A stretch of 64,000 bases of DNA from positions 32,001-96,000 of the IMG/VR virus record IMGVR_UViG_3300035181_001203, one strand, 5' to 3'. Below the pieces are notes generated by a model that had not been told where the DNA came from, ran no database searches, and saw only the letters and a program-made list of their open reading frames with translations. Position 1 is the first letter of the stretch; every line of letters starts with the position of its first letter. Origin of the DNA: a virus. Shown here piece by piece: positions 22,004 through 33,819 of this stretch. Both the position numbers and the translations under genes were made by a program.

Positions 22004-23025
22004 GAAATTTTAATTCCAGAAATAGGATTGGTGTCTAACTCACTGATATTAATTCCAGCAGCTTTTCTATTTACAGAACTTGTATTGTCTATTATTTTAG
22101 CTTTTTGTCTTACTAAATTAGCGTTTCTTTCTATATCACCAGTTATATCTTCATATAAATTACCATCAATCTGTCTTACAACATCACCTTTAATAATTTC
22201 TTTATATAATAATTGTCCACCCATTCCACCAATAGTTTTGTTGTAAATAGTGTTGTGTTGATCATCAACGATCACAGTTTCTATAATACCATTAGAAAAT
22301 ATATTATAAGTTATATAATTTCCACAAACTATTTGAATATCTCCAACTGGTTTTAAAATAATAGTTAAATTAGGATTTCTTTTTTTAGTTGTTGGGTCTA
22401 TATCACCAACAAATACCGTTATTCCGGCTTGTGTAAAATCAATCTGATATTCAAAATTCTCAGACATAGCATCTTCATTATCGTTTGCGCCGTTAATAAA
22501 ATTACGATCACTACCAGAGAAGCATAGTCTAGTAATTACTTCATCACCACTGTTAATAGAAAATACTCTAAAACCAGCCCCCATAGCATCGTAATTTTGA
22601 CATACCGTGCGAATCAGACCCTCAAGACCCGAGTAAATCGTCTGACACAGGGGGCTAGACCCCATCATGCTTAATTTTCCGCGTAACAAGGATAAAAAAG
22701 CACCGTCTGGACCTGAAATCATACGGTCGCCGGGTAAATGTCTATTTAATGGCAAATTTCCACCAAAGCCTGATAAGAACTGCGTTAAGTTATTATCATC
22801 TCTAGATCTGCCGACATACCAACGAGAAATCTTTGATCCACCATCCTCGTCAGTAAAAATAACTGCTATATCACCTAATTCTGGATGGTGTAAGTCTCCA
22901 GACTGTTTTAAACTACATTCAGCATATGAAACATCTTCAGTGAAGAAATTACCATCAATTGAGATAGTATCGCAACACAATCTGTTAACATCAACATAAA
23001 TTATTCTAGCTTCATGATAACTCAT
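22000..23025 (-). CDS. Probable baseplate spike (gp5/gpV-like OB fold plus beta-repeat)
   Basis: N-terminal ARI..VD...PELGD.AVI and C-terminal IKGDVVRQIDGNLYEDITGDIER repeats. Confidence 0.5.
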   Translation of the reverse strand: MSYHEARIIYVDVNRLCCDTISIDGNFFTEDVSYAECSLKQSGDLHHPELGDIAVIFTDEDGGSKISRWYVGRSRDDNNLTQFLSGFGGNLPLNRHLPGDRMISGPDGAFLSLLRGKLSMMGSSPLCQTIYSGLEGLIRTVCQNYDAMGAGFRVFSINSGDEVITRLCFSGSDRNFINGANDNEDAMSENFEYQIDFTQAGITVFVGDIDPTTKKRNPNLTIILKPVGDIQIVCGNYITYNIFSNGIIETVIVDDQHNTIYNKTIGGMGGQLLYKEIIKGDVVRQIDGNLYEDITGDIERNANLVRQKAKIIDNTSSVNRKAAGINISELDTNPISGIKIS

Positions 23026-23405
23026 CTAAATTGACCTTTATCATCTATAATTTTAGGAATATCTGTTATTACTTTTGCATTAATTCTTTTATTACAGATA
23101 AGACTTGAAGGTTTTCCAATATAATTTTTAATAACTTTATCTTTTGATAATTCAAAAACTTTAAGACCCAAATCCTCATTTGAAATACCAGGGTCATTCA
23201 TAATGATATCATGTATGTCAGAATCTTCATACAAAATATGAATATGTATATCTATAAAATTATCAATATAATCACTAATCAAACTAGATAAGCTTTTCCC
23301 ATATTTTTGCAAGATTCTTGTAATCAATAACCATTTTCCCATATTCATATGAAATGAAGTTATTCTTCCCATCATTTCTGTCTTTTTAGTATTCTTAATT
23401 TTCAT
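23022..23405 (-). CDS. Putative ribbon-helix-helix-like regulator
   Basis: RITSFHM..W..I..ILQKYGKSLSSLISDYID beta-alpha-alpha pattern. Confidence 0.35.
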   Translation of the reverse strand: MKIKNTKKTEMMGRITSFHMNMGKWLLITRILQKYGKSLSSLISDYIDNFIDIHIHILYEDSDIHDIIMNDPGISNEDLGLKVFELSKDKVIKNYIGKPSSLICNKRINAKVITDIPKIIDDKGQFR

Positions 23406-23563
23406 GACAGCATCTCGCGCGCTTTAAAAGCAACTACCACAAAAAGAAAAACCAGGGGTTGTTGCATATATGTTCGTATTAGCTGATATTTTATTATTCA
23501 TGAGTATTAAAAAACCAATTAATGATTGTTTTAGATTTGTTAAAAGTGATAAAAATTTCTTTT

Positions 23564-23627
23564 AAAAAAAAAAAAAAAAAAAATAAAGAAAATAATAATA
23601 ATAATAATATATTATTATATATAATAT
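23564..23627. repeat. A20 tract followed by AAT repeats and a TA-rich stretch
   Basis: A20 at 23564-23583, then aataataataataataat and tattattatatataatata. Confidence 0.9.
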
Positions 23628-23664
23628 ACTCTATCGCTACTCCCATCATTAATCGAACCGACTA

Positions 23665-24018
23665 GAGCACAAGTCCAATGGATCTAAGATCTACACTGTT
23701 CATACCACCGTCCTACAATCATATTTGGGATGACCCTCACACGCGAAGGTGGAAAAAGGGAGGAATCCCAAAACTCGCCTCGCGCACGTAGCCGATTTTT
23801 GAAATACGATTGTAGGGCGGGGGTATGAAGGGTCGAAATACTGATTTTCATGGACTTGTGCTCCCCCTGGAATCCATTATCAACATGAGTGTTGGACCCT
23901 TCAAACACGAAACCCCGACATTTGCCGGGGTTTCTACCAGATACTTGTGTTACACTAATCACTTGAGGTCGCTCCACTTTCGTAAAACTCTCAAACTTCA
24001 ACAATAAGTGTCACACAA
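23665..24018. ncRNA. Large structured non-coding element (RNA or replication origin)
   Basis: GC-rich island with nested stems 23665-23677/23851-23863, 23699-23720/23808-23829 and 23724-23731/23765-23772, plus 23909-23917/23926-23934 and 23945-23956/24007-24018. Confidence 0.6.
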
Positions 24019-24068
24019 TCTTGATATAAAGTCAACTTTTTTTTAAATATTGAAACCAATAATATATT

Positions 24069-24097
24069 AGCAAAATATTAAGTCTTTTTGTTATAAC
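24069..24097 (+). promoter_or_regulatory. Conserved phage promoter
   Basis: AGCAAA-N17-TATAAC with extended -10 TG. Confidence 0.65.
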
Positions 24098-24113
24098 AAT
24101 ATTAGGAGGAACA

Positions 24114-25781
24114 ATGAATATTGATATTGAAATTGAAAATGGAGTTGAAGAATATTCACTTTTTAATTATTTTTACATAAGTCAACGCTATTTTGCTTCA
24201 GGGATCAATAGAATCACTGGAGAAACTAAAAAATTTATCACAACAAAAGGTTTTGATCAAATTTTAATGTCCTCTAAAAAGGGAATTGAATATAATTTTA
24301 CGAAAAAACATTTCAATCCATATTTATGTGATAAAGAGAAGCTGATTTTTAGGGAATCACAGCTTATTGAAAATCAAAAAATTATAAAAGATATAGGTCC
24401 ATCTAATTTTAGTGGTAATTATGAAGTAGTTAAAAAAAATCAGCCATATAAAGATAATTTTTATTTTGAGACAGTTCCTTTTAAGGTAGAAGGTTTTGAT
24501 CTTTTTAGATATCAAAACGATGATTTGTATTTTACACAGTATCAATCAGATGCTAGAAATAAATTGCCTCAACTTGTGAATGTTTTTGATGCAAATTTGT
24601 ATGAAAAAATTAATATAGTACATGCAGTTAATGATAATGGTGATGATTATTTTGATCTTAATTGTCTTATTCGTATTTGCGATGCAGAACTTGGATATCC
24701 AGATAAGAATTCATTCTATTCTATTATTAGAGCGGCAGGATTTGAAGGGGTTTTTAAACCCCATAAAATAGGTCCATTAGAATTTGTAAACTTAAAAGAT
24801 ATTTTACAGTTTAAAAATGATTGTGGCAACGCTTATATTCAAAAAAACATAAATAAGAAGCTTTCTAAACGCAAATTTGCATTTAGATACTTATATGAAT
24901 ACTTTAAAATTATAGAATCTTTATGTTCTAAACGTAGAAAACAATCAATAGGCTCACAAACTGGGCCTAAAGAATATAAAAAGGAAGAATTTTTACCTAT
25001 TTTTTACGATAATACAATTATGGATTTTAAAATTGTATATTTTAAAGATATTTTTACTATTGAACGTAAACATGAGCTTAAGAAGATTGTTCCAGGGGAT
25101 CCAATCTTCTATATTGATGGTCATTATGACTTTAATACTGGAGCAGTATCCTTTTATAATTTCAAATCAACAGGTGAAATAGTTAAAAAAATAAAAGAGA
25201 AGTTAGGAACAACCACTTCAATTAGATTTGCTAAAGTTATATCTGAATGGCTTCCTAATACATTTGGATATATTCCCCTTATAGTTAAACTAAGTATGTC
25301 TCAAAAAGCAAATCCTTCTCCATTATCCGATAATCTCACTCTCTATACAATTCCGATTAGAGAAGAAGGTTCAAATGAGGTTTTTGGTGCTGAGACGTAT
25401 GTAAATTTATTTGAGTATTTTGCTAACTTTGGCATACACATTCCACAAATACGTAATATGCTTAATGCAAATAGATTTAGTTCTAAGATCTTTACACTTC
25501 TCGATACAACATTTCCAGTTTATAACGTATGTAAGGATACTCGACGTAAAATACATGAATTTGACGAGATAAATGATCAGGATAATGAGCTTATAAATCT
25601 AATGTTTCCAGTAAGTTACGGAGTCTTAGTAATTTCACACATTCTTGAAAAAGCTGGTATATCCAAAAACTCTTATTGGTATTCCAACCTTAATAGGCTC
25701 TGCCAATCCTTCCCCCCTGGAGATGCAATTTCAACCGTCTATACCCCTCCTGAACTTCAGGAATATTTAAATGAGGAATAA
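24114..25781 (+). CDS. Hypothetical protein (555 aa), first gene of the rightward arm
   Basis: Strong AGGAGG RBS; no motif recognised. Confidence 0.75.
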   Translation: MNIDIEIENGVEEYSLFNYFYISQRYFASGINRITGETKKFITTKGFDQILMSSKKGIEYNFTKKHFNPYLCDKEKLIFRESQLIENQKIIKDIGPSNFSGNYEVVKKNQPYKDNFYFETVPFKVEGFDLFRYQNDDLYFTQYQSDARNKLPQLVNVFDANLYEKINIVHAVNDNGDDYFDLNCLIRICDAELGYPDKNSFYSIIRAAGFEGVFKPHKIGPLEFVNLKDILQFKNDCGNAYIQKNINKKLSKRKFAFRYLYEYFKIIESLCSKRRKQSIGSQTGPKEYKKEEFLPIFYDNTIMDFKIVYFKDIFTIERKHELKKIVPGDPIFYIDGHYDFNTGAVSFYNFKSTGEIVKKIKEKLGTTTSIRFAKVISEWLPNTFGYIPLIVKLSMSQKANPSPLSDNLTLYTIPIREEGSNEVFGAETYVNLFEYFANFGIHIPQIRNMLNANRFSSKIFTLLDTTFPVYNVCKDTRRKIHEFDEINDQDNELINLMFPVSYGVLVISHILEKAGISKNSYWYSNLNRLCQSFPPGDAISTVYTPPELQEYLNEE

Positions 25782-25784
25782 AAA

Positions 25785-25994
25785 ATGAAAATTTTATTAA
25801 AAACCGATAATCGTAAAAGAATTACTTTACCAAAAGAAGCTAATATTAAATCTGGTGATGTTCTTTCTTTTGAAATTTTAGAAACAGGTCAAATTATGTT
25901 GACTCCAGTTGAAATTATTCCTAAGAGGTTAATTAAAGATGGAGTTTTTACAGAAACCAATGAATCCGTTCAAATTATTATTAAGGAAGATTAA
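25785..25994 (+). CDS. AbrB/MazE/SpoVT-family DNA-binding protein
   Basis: KTDNRKRITLPKE..IKSGDVLSFEI...QIMLTP. Confidence 0.8.
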   Translation: MKILLKTDNRKRITLPKEANIKSGDVLSFEILETGQIMLTPVEIIPKRLIKDGVFTETNESVQIIIKED

Positions 25995-26018
25995 AATCTG
26001 TATTTTTCAGGAGAGATC

Positions 26019-28796
26019 TTGAGTAATCCAATAATTAAAACCAATCATCAGCCTAGACCAGTAATATTTTTTAGTGAAATTCCAGAAGCTATTAGAGTTA
26101 ATGAATTTAATTATTATACTGAAAAAGATTATGTAGGATGTTTTTTTAAATATAAAGGTTGTTATTATGATGTATTACAATTTGTACGTCTTAATAAAAA
26201 TTCTTCTTTTCCAGGGTGGGATGGTATTATGAATCAAAGTTTCTTTTCTGGTTTATTACTTAAATGGTGCAATAATCCTGATTATGTTGTTATTGGAAGG
26301 TATTGCTTATGAAACTTTTTCTATTAGCCTACTTCGCTGTAACAACTTGCACTACGATTTATTGTTTTGAGAAAAAGAAGGTATATTTTGATATAGACTC
26401 TGTTATTGACTGGTTTTTCTTATTTATGATGTTGTCAGGTATTTCTATTTGTATTGCTATAACAACAAAACAATCGAGGGTTAATCGAAATGTTCTTTAA
26501 AACCTTAAAACGCATTGCTGTAGCATTAGAGCAAAACAATATTCTTCAAGAACGGATCTTACAAGAAGTCACTGATCTTAAATTATATACTGTTGCCAAT
26601 TATAAAATGCTTAAGGAAGATTTTGAATCTACTCATACAATACCTTATTCTGAAGCCAGTGAATCTAACCCTCAAAAGGATTAATTCAGATGACTTATAA
26701 TGATTTAGTAGTTGAAGTATTTCCTAATGCAACAACTGAAGATTGCGAAAAGCTTCTCTGGTATTGCAAAGCATTTCCTTTCTGTGATGTTGAACACACT
26801 AAGCGTCAGCTTAAAGAGATTTATGAGCGATCCGGCGGTAACGTCAGTGTCGCAATAGCCCTTGCTCATGATGATATTGATACAGCAATAACAGAGGCTC
26901 ATCAATCGGAGATCAACGCAGCTATGGATATAAATCTATCTTATGATTATAATAAAGATATTTACCTTCTCTGGTTAAAAAATATCCCACATGGAATCAA
27001 TCATTGGGAAATGAGAAGATTAAATGAATTATGCCAACAAGCATATTTAATTAAGAATAAAGAAGCTTTATGAGCGTATCTTTAATGATTATTTATCATA
27101 GTTTTATTAGAAATATAGAAGAATGAGATAAACCTAATTCAAATGGAGCAGAAATATGAGCGTGACATATTTTGGATTTGCCGCAATTTGGGAAGATGGT
27201 GTAAATCTTGGCTACTCAACAAACTTAATGGACATAGCGACTAACGCCGCATTAGTTAATCTTGCAGGACAAGAGGAAACTAAAGTAGGTATTATAACCA
27301 ATATAGAGTTGTTTGAAGAGCTATTTAATGAATCTATTTTGTCTTCAGTAGATGAAACAGATAATTCAGAAGATTATAAGATTGATAAGCTAGATAAGAT
27401 TTATAAGAGAGCTTGTTCTCTCATTGAATCACAACCTGACGATAACTTTTACCTTGCATATATTGAACGAGAGCATGTTACATTATTCTATAATGGTAAC
27501 TTAATGCCTTCCACTGAACAGGATGCAAAATGAAAAAGATTATTGACAAAGGCCGTGAACCTGTGATACACTATTTCTGTGATGGTTGTAAAAGGCAGAT
27601 AGCTAATCCTCCAGAGAATCTTAGTTACTCTCTACAAGTGGTCGGTAACTTTGGATTTGGTTCAGGGCATGATGGATTAATATTTAATCATGCATACTGT
27701 GAAGATTGTGGTATAAAAGCAATCAAAGCTATTGAATCATCTTTGAAAATTGAGATTAAAGCTGGTGACAATATTCTGTTCGATTGCGATACAGAAGATT
27801 GTGATACAGACGAAGCACAATCTCAACAAAATATTGATGAAGTTGGAATTCCTAAAGATGTATTAGAAGGATGGGATTAATATGATTGGTCATTTACTTA
27901 CTCCAAATCAAACAATGGAAGTTAATGTAGAACCTTTTAAAGTTACAGTTTTTGATGATACAACTTATGGGCTTCTTATTAGAGAAACTCCTGTTGAAAA
28001 ACACGTTACTCACCAACTACTTCTTAAAAAAGAAAAATATATTGAGCTTATTAATAATTTAGCTGCAAATATTAATATGTGTATTACTCCAGATCCTTCA
28101 TCTAAACTGCGCGAGGATGATATTTTATCAGATCACAACTTTCTTGATTGTGAAATAGAGCTATCAAGAGCTTTAAACACAGAAGGTAAAGTTTCTTGGA
28201 ATGATATGATTGCAATAGTTAAACGCCAACGAGAAACTTTACTTGCACTCGCTTGTCTTGGCAATGAAATGGCTAAAGATGGATTAAAGTGGTATCAATA
28301 TGGATTAAATGCATAGATAAACTTCCTCTAATTAACAAGTATATTTTAATTGTAGATAAAGAAGATTAAATAAAACTAGTTTATTGCTTTAATATTGAAT
28401 TGTCTTCATTGTCTTCATTACCTTCAAAGGATTAATATGTCCTTCCCAACCTTAAAAGAAATGCAATTACAAATGGAAGTGGATCAACTTAGAGCAGAAT
28501 TACGCAGAGCAGAGTCTAAGACGGTCCACATTACAAGAGATTACCTTAATGCTGATATGATGATTCATGATAATAAACATTATAGACTAAATCCTTATAT
28601 AGAAGTACAAGGTAATTCAGCAATGCAACGTGGCGAAAACTTTATTGCACGTTGGAAACGATATGATGAAGAAAGTTATCATCAGATTTTATATAAAGCA
28701 GATTTTGTAACCATTACTCCAGAGGCAGCAGATCATATATTAGAAGATATGCTTAGAAGTTGTCTTATTCATATAATTAAATCGAAAGTAAATTAA
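26019..28796 (+). other. Run of about eight small hypothetical phage genes
   Basis: Tightly packed plus-strand ORFs from 26019..26312 to 28395..28796, several with overlapping stop/start codons. Confidence 0.7.
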
Positions 28797-28844
28797 TGAC
28801 AATAGAACGTAATATTAATATATTATTATTGGAATACTATCATC

Positions 28845-29435
28845 ATGAAGCATAATAATGTAGAAATAGAACGTAAATATCTTTCTTATGCAGAAATGTA
28901 TGAAGATAGTGTTCCTGATAAGATTTATTATAAAACATCGGTTTCACATGATCGTTATTATGTTACACCAAATGGACTTTTACGTTTACGTGATGATCAA
29001 GAAAAAGGTATTGAATTAACAGCTAAGACTTACAAAAATAATAATCTTCATAGAAGAGAAATTAATTTACCAATGATTGCAACAATTGATATTAAAGATT
29101 GTTTAGAATTTGCAGAGGTAGCTGGATGGACATTAAGACTTGAATTTAAGCAAGAACTACAGATTTGGATCTGTCCAACTGTCGTTGTTTCTCAAACAAT
29201 TATTACAGATCTTGATGGAAAACCTTATAGATTTTCAAAAGAACTCAATTGCATTACAGATCATTATGCTTTTAGAAAAGCTCAATTTGTAGAAATAGAA
29301 GCATTAGATTCAGCAGATGAAAAGTTTGCAATATCAGAAATTAGACGTTATCAAAAAATCTTGAATCTTAAATCTTCTGATATAATTAAATACTCTCTGG
29401 TGCAGCTCTTTGGCGCATTCCCGTTAAAAGGATAG
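28845..29435 (+). CDS. CYTH-family (triphosphate tunnel) protein
   Basis: EIERKY (ExExK), D.YY...LRLR, LTAK, RREI and FVEIEA motifs. Confidence 0.8.
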   Translation: MKHNNVEIERKYLSYAEMYEDSVPDKIYYKTSVSHDRYYVTPNGLLRLRDDQEKGIELTAKTYKNNNLHRREINLPMIATIDIKDCLEFAEVAGWTLRLEFKQELQIWICPTVVVSQTIITDLDGKPYRFSKELNCITDHYAFRKAQFVEIEALDSADEKFAISEIRRYQKILNLKSSDIIKYSLVQLFGAFPLKG

Positions 29436-29438
29436 ATT

Positions 29439-31053
29439 ATGGTAAACGCACACTATTTTATTAAACTTGAAACTCCTAATTCTAATGAATACTTTTTGAG
29501 TATTAATGGAGCAGATATTAAGACAGTACCTGAAATGTCTGATGCTGTTCCATTTGATACTCTTGAGTCTGCAACAGCTTTAATTAATTATGTTCTTCCT
29601 ACTCCGTTAATGGGTTCTTGGAAAGTGGTGAAGAGTGGGACTAATTAATTTATTTATTTCTAAAAAATTATCAAAAGAAAAAAAGACCGAAATACCTTTA
29701 GAACCCTCTTCTATGGGGAGGGTTCTAAAGGAAATTTCTGAAGTAGGATTATCACATACAGAAACTGAAATTCTTAAAAATCTTTATAAAACAGTTCTTG
29801 TAATACCTGAACAAAAAAATAGGTTGGAAATAATTCTTTATTTAAAGAAATTAATTTTAGATGTTCCATTAACACCAGTAATAAATCCAATGGAAACTGG
29901 TGAGTTTATTTCTCATTCAAAAACAAATTTTCAATCATCACGCTGTAAATCTTTGTGGTCAATAGATGGTGGAAAAAATTGGTATGATGTAGATGGTTAT
30001 ATACCTTTGAAGTATAAAATTTATCGTTGGATACATAAAAATATTTTTCGCCTATCACAGAAAACTCCTGCTTTTATAACATCACGAATGATACCTTATG
30101 TCAACTTCCCCTACATTAAAAATATCGAATAGTATTATTCTAAGTAAGAACAAGCTATTTCCCTCTAAAATAGAAGGATATAAAGTTATTTATATAATGA
30201 AGAAAACCCATAAAACATATTGTAATGTTTGTGCTTCTAAATTTAAAGACGATGTATTAACTGGAAAATTAGCTTTTTTTGAAGATGATCAAAACCTTAA
30301 ATGTAATTATTGCAAGAAAGGAATTTGAAGTGGATGAATCAAACATTGAACATATCGTTGAGACAGTCAAAGATCGTCAACCAGATGTAGCTGAAGAAAT
30401 TGTTTCTGCATTAACATTTCCAGGGGTTGACTTTATTTTTCAAATTTCAAGAGAAGAGACTTGGGAAGGAGAATGGATTTTCCGTGTTTATAATTTTACG
30501 CTGACAGCTTTTGATGAAATTAGTGAACTTAAATATATGCATTTAAGAGAATTAATGATGAATGCATTTACTTCTTATAATGATGGTGATATGTTATCAT
30601 TAAAAGTTAAAATTGACGAAATGATGGATTACTGGAAACTTCAAGAGTTTAAGATCAAGACAGCCTATAGGTCACAGAAAGATGGTGTTAATCTAAAACC
30701 ACAGAAAGATGGTGTTAATATAAAACTATAACAATTAAGGATATTATATGGATCCCATAACTATACAAGAAATGCACAATCATCATATAGAAGTTTACAA
30801 TAAGCTAACAAGTTTTTGTGCTCCTATGGGCTATCCTAACATCCCACAATTTGATAATCTTGTTCAAGAATTAGCTAAAAGTCAAACAATTCTTAAGCAT
30901 ATCCAAAATATGCTTTGTCATGAGTTTACTTCTATTGATTCAAAATTTGATCCATTGATTCTTTGTAATGATTTTGATAAATGGAGAGATGTAATTTTGA
31001 TTCTTCAACAAAAAATTTCTGGAGCATCAACAGTAGCAAAAAGGAATAGATAA
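29439..31053 (+). other. Five small hypothetical genes
   Basis: Coupled ORFs 29439..29648, 29635..30132, 30098..30328, 30279..30731, 30748..31053. Confidence 0.65.
30673..30726 (+). repeat. 27-bp tandem duplication (one mismatch) at the 3' end of a gene
   Basis: cacagaaagatggtgttaat(c/a)taaaac x2, giving QKDGVNLK/QKDGVNIK. Confidence 0.9.
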
Positions 31054-31496
31054 TGTTTGAATTTATTAAAATGTATGATGATGTAGAATTACCACAATAC
31101 AAAACAATGAAATCTAGCGGTCTTGATATTAAGGCTTACATTAAAAATGATTATAATAAAATAATTATTCCTTCAATGAGTCATGCTTTAATTTCTACTG
31201 GATTAAAATTAAAATTTAAAACAGATGTTGGGACACTAAATGTTGAAGCACAAATTAGAGGAAGATCTGGATTAGCGTTAAATCATCAAGTTATAGTCTT
31301 AAACTCCCCTGGAACTATTGACGAAGATTATGAGGGCGAGATTAAGATTATTTTATTCAATTTATCAGAAAGTCATTATACCGTTCGTCACGGTGATAGA
31401 ATTGCACAAATAGTTTTTTGTAATATTTTACGTCATCATAAATATATCCAAAATTCTATTCGTGGTGAAGGTGGTTTTGGATCAACTGGGAAATAA
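31053..31496 (+). CDS. dut: dUTP diphosphatase (trimeric dUTPase)
   Basis: SGLD, RGRSGLA, NSPGTIDEDYEGEI, GDRIAQ and RGEGGFGSTG motifs. Confidence 0.97.
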   Translation: MFEFIKMYDDVELPQYKTMKSSGLDIKAYIKNDYNKIIIPSMSHALISTGLKLKFKTDVGTLNVEAQIRGRSGLALNHQVIVLNSPGTIDEDYEGEIKIILFNLSESHYTVRHGDRIAQIVFCNILRHHKYIQNSIRGEGGFGSTGK

Positions 31497-31535
31497 AATA
31501 ACTGTAAATCATCTTATAATTAAGGAGATTGATTA

Positions 31536-31814
31536 ATGGACTTCTCACAAGCTTTAATCCTTTGTAAATCTGGCTCTAAAATTACTCGTACTGGTTGGAA
31601 TGGTAAAAATATGTATGTAGTTTACCAGAAAGGCTATCCAGAAGGTATTAATATTAATAAAAATACTGCTGAAGCTACCGGCATTCCGGAAGGAACGCTT
31701 TGCAAGTTTACCCCATATCTAATGATGAAAACCGCAGATACAGATCCCACCTTCTGCCCCTGGTTAGCTTCTCAAACTGATATTTTGGCTGAAGATTGGA
31801 TTGTTTTACCATAA
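31536..31814 (+). CDS. DUF2829 / Tad2-like cyclic-nucleotide sponge
   Basis: MDFSQAL..CKSG.KITRTGWNGKNMYV...PYLMMKT...PWLASQTDILAEDW. Confidence 0.85.
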   Translation: MDFSQALILCKSGSKITRTGWNGKNMYVVYQKGYPEGININKNTAEATGIPEGTLCKFTPYLMMKTADTDPTFCPWLASQTDILAEDWIVLP

Positions 31815-32962
31815 TGACTTGGGCAACCTATCAAAAAACTATTAGGACTGATTGTGGGTCCGTAAAAATTTGGTATAAACGAAAAGATGGAACGACTTTT
31901 TATTTAAATCCACATCTTATTAGAGAACGTAAAATTGGTTGGATGGCGATTAAAGGAATTGTTAAGGCTCATAAAGAAAAAGATGCAATTATTAATGCTA
32001 TGATGTGCGTTCAAGTAAATCATATTAATATGATTAAGCATCTTAGACTTTTAGCTAAAGAAGTAACTAAAATTGAATATCGCTTACAGAAACTCTGGCA
32101 TTTTAAAAAAGATAAAAAATTTCATCGTTTTTGGGAGTTACCTCATTGTAGTTGTCCACGCATGGATAATGAAGATCGTTATCCATCTAAGAACTACATA
32201 ATTAACTATTCGTGTATTCTACATGGTAGTGTTAAAAAATGTTAAGAGTAAGTAATATAGACGTTCATCTTACAGATTTGTCGTGTTCTAGTTTTAATAA
32301 AGCTAAAACAAATTGCAAGTTTTTAACTTATGATTATAAAGGATCATTCTTTGTTATTATTATCCATTATGAAAATAATAGCATTCGAGAGGTAGCCTTT
32401 CCAGCCAATAAAATTGACTATATAGATTGTGTTCAAGAATATAGCAGACGTTAATTTTTACTAAAATAGACAAAGGACAATCAAATGAAAATCAGGATGT
32501 TATTAGAACGTAATTGCTCAGAGGAAATTATTTTTGAAGTAAAAGATTTAGAGCATTTAAAAGAACTTATGTTAGATAATAAGAAGTTGTCTACAATTTT
32601 TGATGAACAAGAAGCAGTATTTGAACAAATAGCAGAAGAAATAATTTGTACTACATTTGAGAATATTGAAGGAACAGAAAGTTTTGAATTAGAAGAAAAT
32701 AATTTATGTGTAGTGAAACATGAACATAATTAATTATACGTTTTTACCAGAAGAATTTACTGCACATTTAAATGGTGCAAAAGATCTAATACTTGAAATA
32801 CTTTTACGCGAAAATAAAATTTCAGAACAAGATTTTGAAAAATATACTCAAGAATATGCTATTATTTTAGTAAATAAAAATAGTTTTTGGAATTTTTGCA
32901 AAAACTTATTTACAATAGAACAAGATAAAAAAACATCAATGGTTATAGTTAAAAGGGTTTAA
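31796..32962 (+). other. Four small hypothetical genes
   Basis: The first carries a CSCPRMDN...CILHG motif; others are 32239..32454, 32485..32733, 32720..32962. Confidence 0.65.
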
Positions 32963-33440
32963 TGATGTTTTATTTAGGAATAGTAGGTTCTAGAGAATTT
33001 TAGAATAAAGAACTTTTATTTGATACTATTAATGAATATATTCATAATATAAAAGAACCAGTTACGATAGTTTCTTGTGGTGCGCGTGGAGCAGATTATT
33101 TTGCCGCTCTTTATGCTAAAGAACATTCATTAAACATTATTGAATATTTACCAGATTGGTCGATTGGTAAATATGCAGGGTTTATTCGTAATAGATTAAT
33201 AATTGAAAAGCCAATCATATTATTACTTGTTTGGTTGAAGGTTTACCATGTAAAGGGACTAGACATTCAATTAGTCTTACTTCAGATTTAAATAAAGAAA
33301 CAACTATCTTATCAACAAAACAGCATCCACCAGTAGCAAAAGGATTCTATATATTTCTAGGGGATTACAATGTCAACTCAAATAACAGAACATTTTACAA
33401 AAGAAGATTTAGAACGAAGTGCAACAGCTTCAGCACATAA
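32962..33440 (+). pseudogene. Disrupted SLOG-superfamily (YspA/DUF2493-like) gene
   Basis: MMFYLGIVGSREF*(TAG 33001-33003)...IVSCGARGAD...PDW..GKYAGFIRN..IIEK, then a frameshift near 33210 into the frame with KGTRHSI. Confidence 0.75.
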
Positions 33441-33816
33441 GATTGATAATTCAATTCCTGACAATCTTTATTATAAAGCTAAACGTCTTTGTAATGAAAT
33501 GGAAGATATTCGTACATTTTTAGGTGAACAAGCTGGAGAAGAAGTTTTTATTTATATAAATAGTGGTTATCGTTGTCCTGAACTTAATAGTTTAGTTCAT
33601 GGTCAACCTACTTCACAACATATGGCATTAGAAGCAGTAGATTTTCATTGCTCTCATTATACTCCTGAAGAAGCATGGACTCTTATTAAAAATTCAAAAT
33701 TACCTTATGATCAACTTATTTTAGAGCATGATGCTAATTCAATTTGGTGTCATTATTCTGTTTCTAAAGAAAATGCAGAACCACGCCATATGGCATTTAA
33801 ACTTACGAAGGTATAA
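33370..33816 (+). CDS. Peptidase M15-family (D-Ala-D-Ala carboxypeptidase/endolysin-like)
   Basis: ITEHFT, NSGYRCPELN, SQHM..EAVD, DQLILE and WCHYS motifs. Confidence 0.9.
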   Translation: MSTQITEHFTKEDLERSATASAHKIDNSIPDNLYYKAKRLCNEMEDIRTFLGEQAGEEVFIYINSGYRCPELNSLVHGQPTSQHMALEAVDFHCSHYTPEEAWTLIKNSKLPYDQLILEHDANSIWCHYSVSKENAEPRHMAFKLTKV

Positions 33817-33819
33817 AAT

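Noticed and set aside
171-22999. Plus-strand ORFs in the structural module (171..470, 507..692, 2308..2652, 7074..7268, 12521..12706, 15671..16000, 21010..21228, 21986..22246, 22667..22999)
   Set aside because: Antisense shadows of longer, well-supported minus-strand genes.
1-23025. Diversity-generating retroelement acting on tail fibres
   Set aside because: No reverse transcriptase and no template/variable repeat pair visible in this window.
23684-24007. Track ORFs 23684..24004 (-) and 23825..24007 (+)
   Set aside because: They overlap the palindromic GC-rich element, lack a clear RBS and have atypical composition; probably chance ORFs.
32962-33440. In-frame TAG in the SLOG gene as a sign of stop-codon reassignment
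   Set aside because: The same gene also has a frameshift, long genes such as dnaE and the tail genes are uninterrupted in the standard code, and TAG ends several normal genes (e.g. at 3116, 35170, 42031). Pseudogenisation is the simpler explanation.
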